NCBI GenBank assembly: GCA_051942205.1
Contig: JAVECO010000004.1
Coordinates: 186,001 to 250,000, forward strand
Direction of reading: 5' to 3'
DNA length: 64,000 bases
DNA from: Coniocarpon cinnabarinum
Taxonomy: Eukaryota
The notes beneath the pieces are model-generated. The model worked only from the letters and a program-made list of their open reading frames with translations. It was not told the origin of the DNA and did no database searches. Shown here piece by piece: positions 24,750 through 36,479 of the stretch (within the stretch, counting starts at the first letter, position 1; each line of letters starts with the position of its first letter). Both the position numbers and the translations under genes were made by a program.

Positions 24750-26675
24750 ATGGCATCCGCAGAAGTAGCCAGGTCCACAGATGTGTCGCACCATCTTCCA
24801 GGCCATACACAACCAATTCCAGATGGACCTTCGAAAGTCCCACCTCCCTCGAACCAGAATTTGACACACAGTAAGGAATTTGTCAAGAAAAATGGAGATG
24901 AGGCCTTGCAGCGTATGAAGGATATGCTGCCTGAGGGATGGACAAGAGAACAAATGGAGCTTGCTCTCCAGCCAAACGATGGTGAGTTTTTGCCGCCAGA
25001 GGAAGCGGAGCAAGTATACAAGCAAGGTGTACAGGAACATGGACATGATGGAAATGAAGTCGCATCCTATGGCGAGCTGCAAGAAAAGTTTAAAGTACCG
25101 GAAGAAGTAGTCAGTCTCTGGACACCTACTATGGAAGCAGCGAAAAGCCATCTCTGGGAAAAAGGTGGGCTTCAAAAGTTCGATGCCACCACAGAAGCAG
25201 TGAACAAGCTCATCAAAGTTAAGTATCCTGGAAAGGAAACTTATCTGTTCCCTGACAAGCTTATCAAGTCGCTGGCCCATGACATTATCAAGCACGATGA
25301 GAAAATACGTTCAGCAGATCCTAAATCACAGCTAGACGCCCAAGCGTATTTGGAACACTCAGCCAATCTTATACAACAAGTAGTAAATATGTTGGGAATG
25401 AGGGGGATGCAGCTTGAGAGCATAATACCTGATGTACAACTCAACGTTTTAATGACTGCGGCAAAGGAACTGGAATGGGAACCAGTGCCTGGTGCCGAGG
25501 TTCCCTTTCGCAGTCCAAATCATGATGTTCACATGGGTGACGATGCATCGGATGAGCCACCGTCACCTACCTCAGGCGCGACCTCCTCGACATCGGGTCA
25601 GCAACCAGGCGCTGCGCCAACGACGACCACTCATCCAACACTCGCCTCGGGCGCTACACGATTGCCAGATCAGCTAGTACCTGCTTCGGGCACGACCCCT
25701 TCCCTGGCACCCGGCCAAACAGCCCCGGCGCACTCAGCCGAAGTACACCCGCCAAAGGTTGACAGCGCGGACGTGCCTCCAATTCCTAGTCCATCCAAAG
25801 GCATGAGCTGTAAGGATCGTATCGCCACGACGGGTACGATCGCATTCGTGCAAGAGATGACCTTAGGTGTGCGCCTCTTTGTCAACATGGGCACACAGAA
25901 AGTACCTTATCATGAAGTTTTCGCAGGGAGTGCTTTTGGTATGGGTAAGGGGGATAGCAATAAGCTGGGAGAGCGAGCGAGGAAGGAGGTCATTGTCCAA
26001 GATCGCGACCTCCACTTACTGCGCGACGAGAATTGTGATCTGCTTGACGTCGTGTACCAGACTGTGGACAACATGCAAGACCGCGCCGCAAAGCCACCCG
26101 GATGGTATCTTGTCCAATACAGAGGCACGCAAGAGTTTGATAAAGAGAGTGGATATGACTATGCAATTGAGGGGAAAACTCAATGGCTGACCAAATCACA
26201 ATTCTCGCGCATGGTCCGCCCGAAGATGGTCATCAAAAGGACAGCGCAAATACTGCGCTCTCGCAACGACCGAGCAATCAGGCTTCGAATTGCCCGTGAG
26301 CGAGGTCAGCACCCGGACGACATGCACCAGTTGTCTGAGGCCGAATTGAAGGAGGTACCTCACCTGGACAAAGGCGCCAACCCAGACCATGAGGGTTTTG
26401 GGACCCTAATGCCATCATCAAAGGATCCTGAGGCCTTTCGACCCAAGGCGAAGCAACTAGCAGAGCCCATCCGTCGTAGGGTACTCGCAATGAAGGCAAG
26501 CAGTCAGTGGTCCACTGTAGCAAATGTTGGCCTCGAGCGACCCATGCCAATCAAACAAGAGACGTCAGAAGATGTACAAGCCTTGCAAAAGCAGATCCGG
26601 GATCAGCAGCAGCAGATGTCAAAAATGTTGAAACTACTTGAGAAACATGCTGAGGTGCTTGATGGTTTGGAATAG
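24750..26675 (+). CDS. Hypothetical protein with P/S/T-rich linker and C-terminal coiled coil
   Basis: Long intronless ORF; likely ATG at 24750 (MASAEV) downstream of a TATATA run at ~24615. Confidence 0.7.
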   Translation: MASAEVARSTDVSHHLPGHTQPIPDGPSKVPPPSNQNLTHSKEFVKKNGDEALQRMKDMLPEGWTREQMELALQPNDGEFLPPEEAEQVYKQGVQEHGHDGNEVASYGELQEKFKVPEEVVSLWTPTMEAAKSHLWEKGGLQKFDATTEAVNKLIKVKYPGKETYLFPDKLIKSLAHDIIKHDEKIRSADPKSQLDAQAYLEHSANLIQQVVNMLGMRGMQLESIIPDVQLNVLMTAAKELEWEPVPGAEVPFRSPNHDVHMGDDASDEPPSPTSGATSSTSGQQPGAAPTTTTHPTLASGATRLPDQLVPASGTTPSLAPGQTAPAHSAEVHPPKVDSADVPPIPSPSKGMSCKDRIATTGTIAFVQEMTLGVRLFVNMGTQKVPYHEVFAGSAFGMGKGDSNKLGERARKEVIVQDRDLHLLRDENCDLLDVVYQTVDNMQDRAAKPPGWYLVQYRGTQEFDKESGYDYAIEGKTQWLTKSQFSRMVRPKMVIKRTAQILRSRNDRAIRLRIARERGQHPDDMHQLSEAELKEVPHLDKGANPDHEGFGTLMPSSKDPEAFRPKAKQLAEPIRRRVLAMKASSQWSTVANVGLERPMPIKQETSEDVQALQKQIRDQQQQMSKMLKLLEKHAEVLDGLE

Positions 26676-26938
26676 CATATCTGTCTCTGTATCTAGCCGT
26701 TCTTTAGTATGTTACTGACCTTAGTCGCTCCTTAAGCCTGTGCCACATTTTAATGAAAGTACCCCGTACGTCTTGCAATATGTGAAATGACGATGGCAGG
26801 GGGTGTCCCTGAGAACAATGCATAAGCGCCGCTGTGCAATGTCTTCCAGAGACGATAGATAAGAAGCACTTCCCAGATCGAGATTTAAAATAAAATTTGG
26901 GACTGAATGCACGACTACTGATCAACAATCTCAATAAA

Positions 26939-28414
26939 ATGCAGGCACTACAGTCATACACGACCACAGTCGAACCATGCGAACACGCGAAACTCTACTT
27001 CCTTGGCCTGATAGCCAGCTTGGGGGGCAAGGTCCCTAATACCATGGTGATTTCCGCGACTTCCGCGCGCCAGACGTGGAATGAAAGCGGTGAAATCATC
27101 CATGAGCAGCCGCAGCCATCTACTTACTTCCACGAAGAGATAGAAGAGGTCTTTCGAAGCGTCGCTAACGTTTCGCAAATGATTCGACTACTGTCAGGCA
27201 AGGGTTTTCTTTGGACGGACGGACATATTGTTCAGATCACCCCAGCAGGACAGGAATGCCTCCACCAAAGCCAGTACCCACTGGGCGCTCTGGTCATGGT
27301 CTGCCAAGCGTGGCCTACACCACATTTGCGCAACATGCATCATCGGGAGCTACGCTTTTGGTGGTCGACCATAGGTCCGAGTGTCATCGGCTTGGTTCAG
27401 ACTGTCCCAAGCAGTGACTATCCGCGGAAAACTATTATTGATATCCTGCTCGACGTAGCCATTGCAACTGAAGCGTCTCTAGCACTTTCACTGCTGTTTT
27501 TGGCTACGGATTTACTGAAGTCAGAAACACGTTGCGTCCAGCATCGCGCTGTGGACATACAATTGGCGTTTCTGAATCGCTTGGATTGGTTCAATAGTAG
27601 TATACTGCATGAGGAGCCAAAAATTGTAGCAGTCAACCTTCAGTGCGTCGAGAGGAACTGCCAACGCGCAATGAACGAGGATAGGCCCTTGGTTGCAAAA
27701 TCGCTGATTGGAAATCTCCTGAGCGCATTCTCTAACAATGCAGTTCCGAAGTCAAAGCTGGTATGTTACACCCTTCAATCAACACTTGAATATGCAGCGT
27801 GGGCTCTCAACGAATCCCGAGACTTCAAGCGAGCTCGGCAGTGCATCGATCTGGCCAGGACGGCTGGGGTTCCTGAAGCGCCCACACGTCTGCGTTTAGC
27901 TCAACACCTCGCTCTTGTTTTGTACTCAGAAGGAAATCCCTCGGGAGCGCGGGAAAGCCTTGGTGATTGCATGAATGAGCCAACGCTTGCAAGCAGAGAG
28001 CTTCGCTTGAACTTCGCAGAGCTATCGCTTCTTTTGGGGGACATGGACAGTGCAGAGTATGCCATCAACGATTACACAAGCTTTAATGCGTCTCTCACCA
28101 GCTTTTCCAACATCCGTGTTCAAGTGATCCGAGCACGGATCGCTCACATGCGTGGAGACTTGTCAAGCGCGGCCGATCTCTGGAATATGACAGTTCAAGT
28201 GGCTGGGGGAGTCGCCAACTGTAGCTCGACTGTGTGCCTATCGCTCATTCATGCTTACGCGCTCTGCGGTAACAGTGAGTGTGCAGGTTATCGGTCCTCC
28301 CAAAGTCAAGCGCTGGCGAACCGGGTCAACTGGGGCACGATATGGGGCTTCGAGACCATTTGGCGTGAGTGGGTCATTGGGAAGAGAGAAAAGCCAACAT
28401 GGATCCAGCGGTGA
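26939..28414 (+). CDS. Hypothetical alpha-helical/TPR-like protein
   Basis: ~490-aa ORF with helical repeat-like C-terminal half (ALVLYSEGNPSGARE, ARIAHMRGDLSSAADLW). Confidence 0.6.
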   Translation: MQALQSYTTTVEPCEHAKLYFLGLIASLGGKVPNTMVISATSARQTWNESGEIIHEQPQPSTYFHEEIEEVFRSVANVSQMIRLLSGKGFLWTDGHIVQITPAGQECLHQSQYPLGALVMVCQAWPTPHLRNMHHRELRFWWSTIGPSVIGLVQTVPSSDYPRKTIIDILLDVAIATEASLALSLLFLATDLLKSETRCVQHRAVDIQLAFLNRLDWFNSSILHEEPKIVAVNLQCVERNCQRAMNEDRPLVAKSLIGNLLSAFSNNAVPKSKLVCYTLQSTLEYAAWALNESRDFKRARQCIDLARTAGVPEAPTRLRLAQHLALVLYSEGNPSGARESLGDCMNEPTLASRELRLNFAELSLLLGDMDSAEYAINDYTSFNASLTSFSNIRVQVIRARIAHMRGDLSSAADLWNMTVQVAGGVANCSSTVCLSLIHAYALCGNSECAGYRSSQSQALANRVNWGTIWGFETIWREWVIGKREKPTWIQR

Positions 28415-28441
28415 TGCTTGGTAGTAGACAGAGGTCCATCA

Positions 28442-29053
28442 TTAGTCTGATTGGATAAGCAGTTCAGAGTCTTCTGTAAATCCTAGTGACCGAACGATAG
28501 ATATACCAGCGTGCATCGCTCCACTCTTTGTCGCGCGCTCAGCTAGACTCTGCGCTCGCAAATAGTTAATTGCTTCGTAGTAACGGGGCGCATTCGGTGA
28601 GAGGTGCGACTCCCATATACTCCGAGAAACATTTCGTGGAAGAACAAAAAGAGTGCCTATACCCCCGAGATCAGCGGCTACTCTATATAATATAGCCCCA
28701 GATCTAAGCCAATGCCTAGTATTAGGTAGCACTCTATTGGTCCCCTCGAGCGAGGCTACAATTGTATTAGCAAAGGCTCCGGGTTTCGCATTATTTTCGC
28801 GATCAAACTTCTCTTTCAGAAGAAATAGGATGTATAGCTGAAGCCTTCGTAGCACATCGTCAAAGAGAGATGGGTCTCTTAAATCCATAAGCATTTGGAT
28901 ATTTACGTAGGCTTGAGATGCCGAAGACGTAAGACGATCTTGTAAGAGGTCCTTCCTTCCAGTGGCTATTTCATGTATTTGCTCCAGCTCCACTGGCCCG
29001 TCCATGTCCGCTTCGAACAAGGGCTTCAAGCGGTCTCGAGGCGTGCGTAGCAT
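28442..29053 (-). CDS. Hypothetical protein (last exon; upstream exons likely toward ~29400)
   Basis: 203-aa ORF with protein-like composition, convergent with the upstream gene. Confidence 0.5.
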   Translation of the reverse strand: MLRTPRDRLKPLFEADMDGPVELEQIHEIATGRKDLLQDRLTSSASQAYVNIQMLMDLRDPSLFDDVLRRLQLYILFLLKEKFDRENNAKPGAFANTIVASLEGTNRVLPNTRHWLRSGAILYRVAADLGGIGTLFVLPRNVSRSIWESHLSPNAPRYYEAINYLRAQSLAERATKSGAMHAGISIVRSLGFTEDSELLIQSD

Positions 29054-30054
29054 CTCTGCGACGACATTTCTGAGGAAGTCGGAGGCGTCAGGTGTTGCAG
29101 AGTGTCGTAAGAAATCTTGAAACTATGCGAGGCAGCGTTAGATACATCGTCGCAAGATCGTCGCTCCTTATCTTACCTCGGTGTCGGTGATGCAGTCGTT
29201 TGCCGTCTCCACCTGCAGTCGCTCTGCAATCTCGTGGCTCACTGCGGCACCCATCGTAAGCAACATGTGTAACGCGGTGCGGTTTGTGCGTGGCTTGTGA
29301 GGTGTGCCTGTTCCCTGATGCGACGGACGGTGGCACCGGTCGAACGGCGCGGCCAGAAGAACTCTATTCCACGCCATCACGACCACGTCAAATTATTCGA
29401 AGTGACTGCACCCAAATCTCATGCCGCAACGGCGACACTCAACTCGGAGCTCTTACATGGTCAAACAGTGTTGATGTGTGGTGTTGATCACCGTGGTCGC
29501 TTACCATGCTCGTCATTTAGGATCACGCATCAGATTCGACTCTTTCAAAGCATTGGTAGCGAGGTGGACTTCATATGGGACTGTCCGCACATGATCCGTT
29601 GTCGTTTCACCTGAACTCGATCATGAGGATGATGCGGTCAGAGGTCTGAATGGGTTGGCACGCAAAAACGCTGCGCAAATTGCTTGAGACGCCCACAGCC
29701 ATAGGAACGCGTTCACCTCTAAGTGCGGAGCGATTGCTCCTGCTGCTGATGATGATGTTAACGATGAAGTGATGAAGTGATGGAGGTCTGAAAGACTCGC
29801 TCGTGGAGCAGGGCACGACAGGCAGCTAGTCAACAAGTCAAGTCACAGACGAGGCAACTAAGTCTGCGCATGCTCCAGAATCCAGCGCCCGACTCGATAT
29901 CACTGTGCCCAAGCTGAGGGTAGTCCAAGTTCTTGACAGAAGGGTGACCGTATCCGCTTCAACTGCGGCAATCCCAGCGCTTTGTGTGATGTGGCCAGCT
30001 GTAGGAACTATCCGGCTCCTGACTGGCCGCCCGAGCGAGAGCTTCAATGCTACT

Positions 30055-30220
30055 GCAGCCAAAAGACGGCCATCCCGTAGCCAAAAGTTGACCGCAGCCA
30101 AAAAGTTGACCGCAGCCAAAAATTGACAGCAGCGAAAAGTTGACCGCAGCGAAAAGTTGGCCGCAGTGAAAAGTTGTCCACAGCCAGAAGATGCCCACAG
30201 CCAGAAGATGCCCACAGCCA
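30055..30220. repeat. 17-18 bp minisatellite GCAGCCAAAAAGTTGACC, about 9 degenerate copies
   Basis: Seen directly; the same unit recurs at 35455. Confidence 0.9.
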
Positions 30221-30466
30221 ATCGATCGTCGCAGCCCGCAGATTGCCGCATCTCAATTGCGGTAGCATGCATGTCTGCGTCTCGTCGAGGCTGCGGGAAC
30301 CTTGCATATTCTCTGTGGTAGCGTGTACCGCCGGGATATTAAGGGCCTTCCCCGCTCGACGACGTGCCGCATGCTTCTAGATGCCTTTTGAGTTATTTGG
30401 CCAGGCCAGTCAAGAACAAGAAGACATCTTCCCCATTTGCCTGGCTTCTAGCCTTCTTAGCACACG

Positions 30467-31999
30467 ATGGCAGGCGGACGTTTGCCGAATCCTATCACTA
30501 TCGGCGCCTTGGGCATGAGCGCTTTTCTGAATCCTCTTCTGTACAGCGCCTTGGAATCATTCGGACCCAGCGCCAACACCGTGGTGGTTCTCGCTGTTCT
30601 CCTAGGAATCCTGCCGGTACTACGCGCTTTGCAGAAGGCTTGTTGGACAATTTGTCCAAAAGTCGTTGTCACTGATAGCGATGACTTTTTTGAAAGTATT
30701 AGTGAATGGAGTTCCGAATCAGGAGTGTTGGCCAATGCAAGGGATATTCAGGTCCGCAGCGCAAAAAAGCATTTGACCGAGTTACAGGTGCATCCTTGTA
30801 CATTCACCGCAACCTCTACCGTGGACGATGGGTTGCCATTTAACTTTACAACGGTCCAATCCAGAGCAAAGTTTCGAGTAGAACTTTTCAACGCATCGAC
30901 GTGGATTCTTGAGAAGGGCAGTGCCATTTGCATCAAGCGATCAGAACGATCTGTCCCTACAGATGGCGGAGTCGCGAAGAGCCATGAAAGCTATGAGTTT
31001 ACTTGCCTTAGTCTCTCGCCGAAGACAATACTCCAGTTGTTTGAGCGTATTCGAGTACAGCAGAGTCTGAGACATGAAGGTTTCACTACCGTGCGACGGA
31101 ATGTCCTCAGATACGATCACATGTGGGTCAAAGCCGCTCGACGCCCTTGCCGTTCGTTGGGAAGCGTTGTTCTTGATCAAAAGACAAAACTCCACGTGGC
31201 AGAAGACATGAACAAGTTCTTCCGCATGGACACAGCTCAGAGCTACGCAAGACGAGGCATACAGTATCATCGTGGCTACAAATTTTTCGGTCCGCCAGGT
31301 TCGGGGAAGAGCAGCTTCGCTTTTGCTCTCGCGGGACTCTTTCGTGTGGACCTGTATATTCTATCCCTCTCGGACCCCACGCTTACCGACTCCGGTCTTC
31401 TCACCCTCGTTTGTGCTTTGCCCGACCGATGCATTCTGCTTGTTGAGGACGTTGATGCTTTTGAAATGACACGATCTCGGACCTTGCCACAAAGGCTCGA
31501 TCATACCCCTGCGCCTGCTTCTCATCTCACTCTTTCTGGCGTACTGAATGCCATGGATGGAAATGCCACTCACGAGGGACATATTCTCATTCTAACAACC
31601 AATCACCCAGAGCGGCTTGATTCTGCTCTGGATCGGGCAGGTCGCATCGATCAGCATATTCAGTTTCAACATGCAGATCGATCACAGATGCTCGATGCCT
31701 TCCTACTAGCGTACACCTACGACGACGCAGTGTTGAACGACGAGCCTATCACTATTGAGCAAGCATGTCAGAGCATTGTGGACATGCCATCACGGGTTAG
31801 CAACATACCTGGGAAGACAATGGAAGAGCTTGTTCAAATGGCCAAAGAGTTTACATCAAAATTCTGCGAGCATAAGCACAGCGTCGCAGCCATTCAAAAT
31901 TATCTGGGGATGAAGAATACACCTGAAAAAGCGCTCAAAGATGTCGATGAGTTAGCAACGGTGAGTGTGAGCTCTGAGTCGGCTGTGCAGCGGCTGTAG
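30467..31999 (+). CDS. BCS1-like AAA+ ATPase
   Basis: N-terminal TM segment, YARRGIQYHRGY, Walker A GPPGSGKS, Walker B LLVEDVD, LTLSGVLNAMDG, TTNHPERLDSAL.RAGRID. Confidence 0.9.
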   Translation: MAGGRLPNPITIGALGMSAFLNPLLYSALESFGPSANTVVVLAVLLGILPVLRALQKACWTICPKVVVTDSDDFFESISEWSSESGVLANARDIQVRSAKKHLTELQVHPCTFTATSTVDDGLPFNFTTVQSRAKFRVELFNASTWILEKGSAICIKRSERSVPTDGGVAKSHESYEFTCLSLSPKTILQLFERIRVQQSLRHEGFTTVRRNVLRYDHMWVKAARRPCRSLGSVVLDQKTKLHVAEDMNKFFRMDTAQSYARRGIQYHRGYKFFGPPGSGKSSFAFALAGLFRVDLYILSLSDPTLTDSGLLTLVCALPDRCILLVEDVDAFEMTRSRTLPQRLDHTPAPASHLTLSGVLNAMDGNATHEGHILILTTNHPERLDSALDRAGRIDQHIQFQHADRSQMLDAFLLAYTYDDAVLNDEPITIEQACQSIVDMPSRVSNIPGKTMEELVQMAKEFTSKFCEHKHSVAAIQNYLGMKNTPEKALKDVDELATVSVSSESAVQRL

Positions 32000-32526
32000 A
32001 ATGCCGAAAACGAACTACGACGACAAACGAGGGCAGGTGAACTCCGGACGTGTGTTTTAATTGCTCTACCTTTCAGCCTCTACCTTGCCTCTTCCCCATC
32101 AGCCACTACTTTATTACATCCTCCAAGGGGTCATTGAGCAACATCACAGGCTCCTCTGGACAGCATCCATGACTCCAGTGCCCGTCCCTCACGGACATGC
32201 TTGCTCTCAGAAAGTGGCAAAGGGCTGCACTTCACGCTACTGGGTCGCAGGATCCTTCCGCGGTCTAATGGCGTCTGAGATTACACCACATTGACGCTGC
32301 CGATACGTCCTGAATGCATCTCAGTGCACGCTGCCTGAGCCTCCAACGTAGAGTTGGAAAGCTGACGCCCAATCATTAACGAGACTTTTCGTCATCCTGT
32401 TGCCTCACCCGCCTTCCTGCCATGTCAGCTGGGGGGCAATCTTTGCAATCTACGGATATTTAAGCTCCCCTCGACCCCGAGCTCTTCGGCCGTCCCATCA
32501 CCTTAGGCACCATCAAGTCTTTCAGC

Positions 32527-33570
32527 ATGGCATCCCAGGGTCCTAGCTCATTTTCTGCGTACGGAACTCCTTCACGGCCGAAGAGGACCAGTGCAGCCTG
32601 CCACTCAGGTAGCGGCTTCTCCCGCTCTCTCTCGAAGCGCAAATACGGCAAGATGCGTTTGCAGCCTGCACCTCTGCGAGGGACAACATGCCAGAATCTC
32701 GCAGAGCTCATTAGCGCCCTTCATACAAAGCAAAAGATTGTCGTCATTGTAGGAGCAGGCATATCTGCATCTGCTGGCAGTACGTGCATTCGAAGCGTAT
32801 AGAACCTCTGCTAATCAACAGCAGTGCCAACATTCTCCAAGTCTAGCTCCAATCAGCACTTGCTTCAGAAAGACATGCTAGACGCCTCTATGTACAACGA
32901 CGAGACAAGTACTGAGCGCTTCCAGCGCATGATTCGAGCCGCTGCACAGAGTGCAGCGATTGCAACCCCGACGCCGTTTCATCATTTTCTCGCGCAGCTA
33001 GCGAGAGACGGCCGCTTACTCAGGCTCTATTCCCAAAATGTGGACGATTTAGATGTTCGTTTAGAGCCTCTGGCAACAGTGAAGCCTCTTCCTCACCAGG
33101 CTCCCTGGCCGAAGACTATTCAGCTACACGGTAGCCTCGGCACGGCTGTCTGCGCAAGCTGTAGGTCAGTCTCAAAACTTGAGCCGGAACAATTCCATGG
33201 CCCGTCACCGCCCGACTGCTCGAATTGTAAAGCAATAGATGTAGCTCGCAAGACCGCAGGCAAACGTAGTCGTGGAATTGGCAGGCTGCGTCCGCGTATT
33301 GCTCTCTACAATGAAGAAGTTGCTGACTCGGAAGCTATTGGAGCAGTCATGCAAGCCGACCTTCGCAAGCGGCCTGACGCCGTCGTCGTGGTAGGGACAT
33401 CCCTGAAAATTCCTGGGCTGAAGAAATTTACGAGGGAGGTATGCACGACTGTTCAGAAGCGCCGTGATGGGCTCACAGTATGGATCAATCCAGAGGATTG
33501 CCAAATGAAAGGGATTTGGGACATAGTCTTTGGGGGGACGTCGGACGCGGTTGCAGCAGCAGCGGGCTAG
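32527..33570 (+). CDS. Sirtuin (Hst3/Hst4-like NAD-dependent deacetylase), 2 exons
   Basis: GAGISASAG, intron 32780-32824, PTPFHHFL, LRLYSQNVD, QLHG, CxxC..CxxC, GRLRPRIALY, VGTSLKIPG, WIN. Confidence 0.88.
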
Positions 33571-33943
33571 CCAGAGGACAGGAGACCTCCGAAAACGATT
33601 ATTTCGCCACTTTGTTTCCTTACGTCATTTTTATAGGCAATTTCTGGATTGAAGAAGTTTATAAGAGAGGTATGTATGAGTGCTTAGAAGCGTCGTGATG
33701 GGATTATAGTATGAATCAATCAGAGGCTTGCCAAATGCAAGGGATTTGGGACATTGTCTTTCGGCATCGGATGCGGTCGCAGCAGCGGCCGAGCTAATTA
33801 GAGTATAGCAAATGCAATGATTTCGCCACGATGATTTTTTTTTTTTTTTTCCAATTTCACAGCCATTCTAGTCACGAATCTGTCCGCGACTATAAGCTCT
33901 TCTTCTTATTCATCGAAACGTGCAACGTATCATCGCTGTGACG

Positions 33944-34084
33944 CATGAACGCTGTGAAACATGGACGCTGTGAACCATGGACGCCGTGAACCATGGACGC
34001 TGTGAACCATGGACGCTGTGAACCATGGACGCTGTGAACCATGGACGCTGTGAAACATGGACGCTGTGAAACATGGACGCTGTG
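33944..34084. repeat. 16-bp minisatellite CATGGACGCTGTGAAM, about 9 copies
   Basis: Seen directly; period 16 from 33944. Confidence 0.95.
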
Positions 34085-35454
34085 CCTGCTAATGCACTGA
34101 AGTCGGCATTGGGCCCGTGAAGCGGATGACTCAAAAGTTACGAGTCAGCAGCGCCGAAGCGAAGGTGGCAGTGTGCCAGAGTAGGATTCGCACAGCCCTC
34201 CTGCCCAGTTGGAGCAGCTGATTTGGGATCTTGTTGCCAATTACCTACGTAATCCTCCAAACTCCCTTGCTCCCAAAAAATATTCGACAAAACCGCTGGG
34301 GACAATTTTTGCATATTGTGCAAGGCGTCAGAGTTCTGGCTAATAAACATTGTGCCAAAGCTCTCAAATGTGTATCGAGATCGCGAGTATTCCCTATGTC
34401 ACCTCTGCGTTTGGCGATCACCGCTTGATTCTCTTTCTTCTTTTCATCCTCTTGATGTTTCCGCGTTTCCTTGAGGCTGGTTTCTGAGCTGTAGTCGCCA
34501 GGTCCAGATATGCGAGAGCTCGGTGTTGAGGAGTTTAATCAAACTCGCGGAAGCCCACGCGATGATCATGTACTAGAGTGAATCAGTAGGCATCTGCGAA
34601 CTTGAGTAGTCGCACGAACATTGACTGTTTCATGATCAACAATAACGCAGTCGACAACAACACAAGCCAAGTTGGCTATGCATATGATAATGTTGAATAC
34701 TTCGTGCAGGATGTGGCCTTTCCTCGATCCACGACGCCCGCTTCCTTTCCTCAACTGAAGTCTGACGTAAGTGTGAAGGAAACCGAGTGCGACGAGAAGC
34801 TCGTGTACTACTGGCAGGCTGATACCCGCCGCAATGGAGGGAGGACTCGAGGTCCAAAAGCCGGTAGCAATTGCCCCGGACGAGTAGCAAAAGATGAAAA
34901 CAATGAACCAATGGTACTTCCTAGCCCGCAAAGCTGCTCCTTCAGATTTTTTGAAACAGATTTCAGTCGAGATGCAGTGTTGCCAAGATCTTTCAAGCTT
35001 ATTGATATTAGTACAGGCATAGCAAGAGATAGGATGCCGCACCCATTGACAATGAAGCCCGATAAGCAAGAAGATTGGTGTTATAGTCCGCAAGTTGGGA
35101 TTATGTATGACGAAAGACGCCAAAGGGGTAAGGAGACAGATCGTTAGTTGGCATATTGTGAGGACAATTCTCCAGGAGTTCGAGTCAGGGTGTATCGCCG
35201 CACACTTTTTTGATAGAGACGACACTGGTCGGTGTTCGAGAAGTAGAGGCGTGACTCGCCAAACGCCATAGGCCAGAGAAATCTCAGTGCAAGCTATGAT
35301 TTCTAGGATCTCGAGAAGTCGCATGTTCACTCGCAGTGCAGTGCGATAGGCAAACTTCTCCCTGATGCAAGGCAGATGCGCGATTCCTTTAAGAAGTCGA
35401 AGATTATGTATGTAATCAAATGACCCTGGTTAGTAGTCAGGGATAGTCCGCCCC

Positions 35455-35586
35455 AGCCAACAAGTTGACCGCAGCCAAAAAGTTGACCGCAGCCAAAAAG
35501 TTGACCGCAGCCAAAAAGTTGACCGCAGCCAAAAAGTTGACCGCAGCCAAAAAGCTGTCCGCGGCTAAAAAGCTGTCCGCAGCCAC
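35455..35586. repeat. 18-bp minisatellite GCAGCCAAAAAGTTGACC, about 7 copies
   Basis: Seen directly; near-perfect central copies. Confidence 0.95.
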
Positions 35587-35853
35587 CATTCCGCCGTAGA
35601 CCACTTCGAGTACCCGTTTCCGCGTCAATTTCGGATATCAGCTGATACGCGACACAATTAAGAATGCGGCAATGATCGTTGCTAGCCTTGGTTACCGAAC
35701 AACTCCCGTTGCGCTCTAATTGTTGCTCTAGGACGGCAGTTTTCGTTTTCATTTTGTTTCTGTTTCGCTTTTGTATGTTTTTGTATTTGTTTCTTGCTGC
35801 TTCGTGCTCTCGACTTTTCTGAAATCCGCTTTTTGAGAACGTGAGATTAGTTA

Positions 35854-36479
35854 TGGAGCTGACCCTGAACGACCACCTTCGCGACAGCTATAACGCGCTA
35901 CCAACCTTAGGCGACGCAGCAAGGTCGTACCAAACACGCGACGCCCACGATCACGTATATGGAATAATCGCGCAATTTTTTGTTGACAAGGGCGTCCATC
36001 AGATATACGGTCTTACCCTAATCCACCAAAATTTCCTCCTAAAGCACAATGAGCGGCTGGTGCGATACCAATATTTCTCCACGCCTTGGACATTTCAATC
36101 CCGCGCAAACTTGTCGGCCTTCAAGCACAAAGGTCATATTTTGCCCCGGTCGTATCGGTTCGTGGATGGCAAGGCTGTCGCATATGAGTTCAAGTTCGTG
36201 GATGCATGGTCCGGACACATTTCCGACATTGGACCATTTATGAAAGAATTGGATGTCTTTCTCCAACAACTCGGCCTTCAAGATCTATTTGGTGTCTGCT
36301 TGCTCAATCGATACAGCTCCTGCTCGACCCTCTTCCAATTTACCGAAGGAAGAACCAATATCTTGATGCCTAGGTCACAGATTGAGAAAGGCAGTACAGA
36401 ACTCATGTGGAAGTTCGAAGAAGACTCGCAATATGGTTGCCAATGCATGGAGTATAGCTATCGAAGAGCTGCTGGATGA
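35854..36479 (+). CDS. Hypothetical fungal protein
   Basis: ~208-aa ORF with YNALPTL, YGLTLIHQNF.L...ERLV, PRSYRF, YEF and LFGVCLL motifs resembling a common uncharacterised fungal family. Confidence 0.6.

Noticed and set aside
29838..30307. ORFs with AAVNF/CGQLF repeats (also 35327-35752)
   Set aside because: Translations of the 18-bp minisatellite
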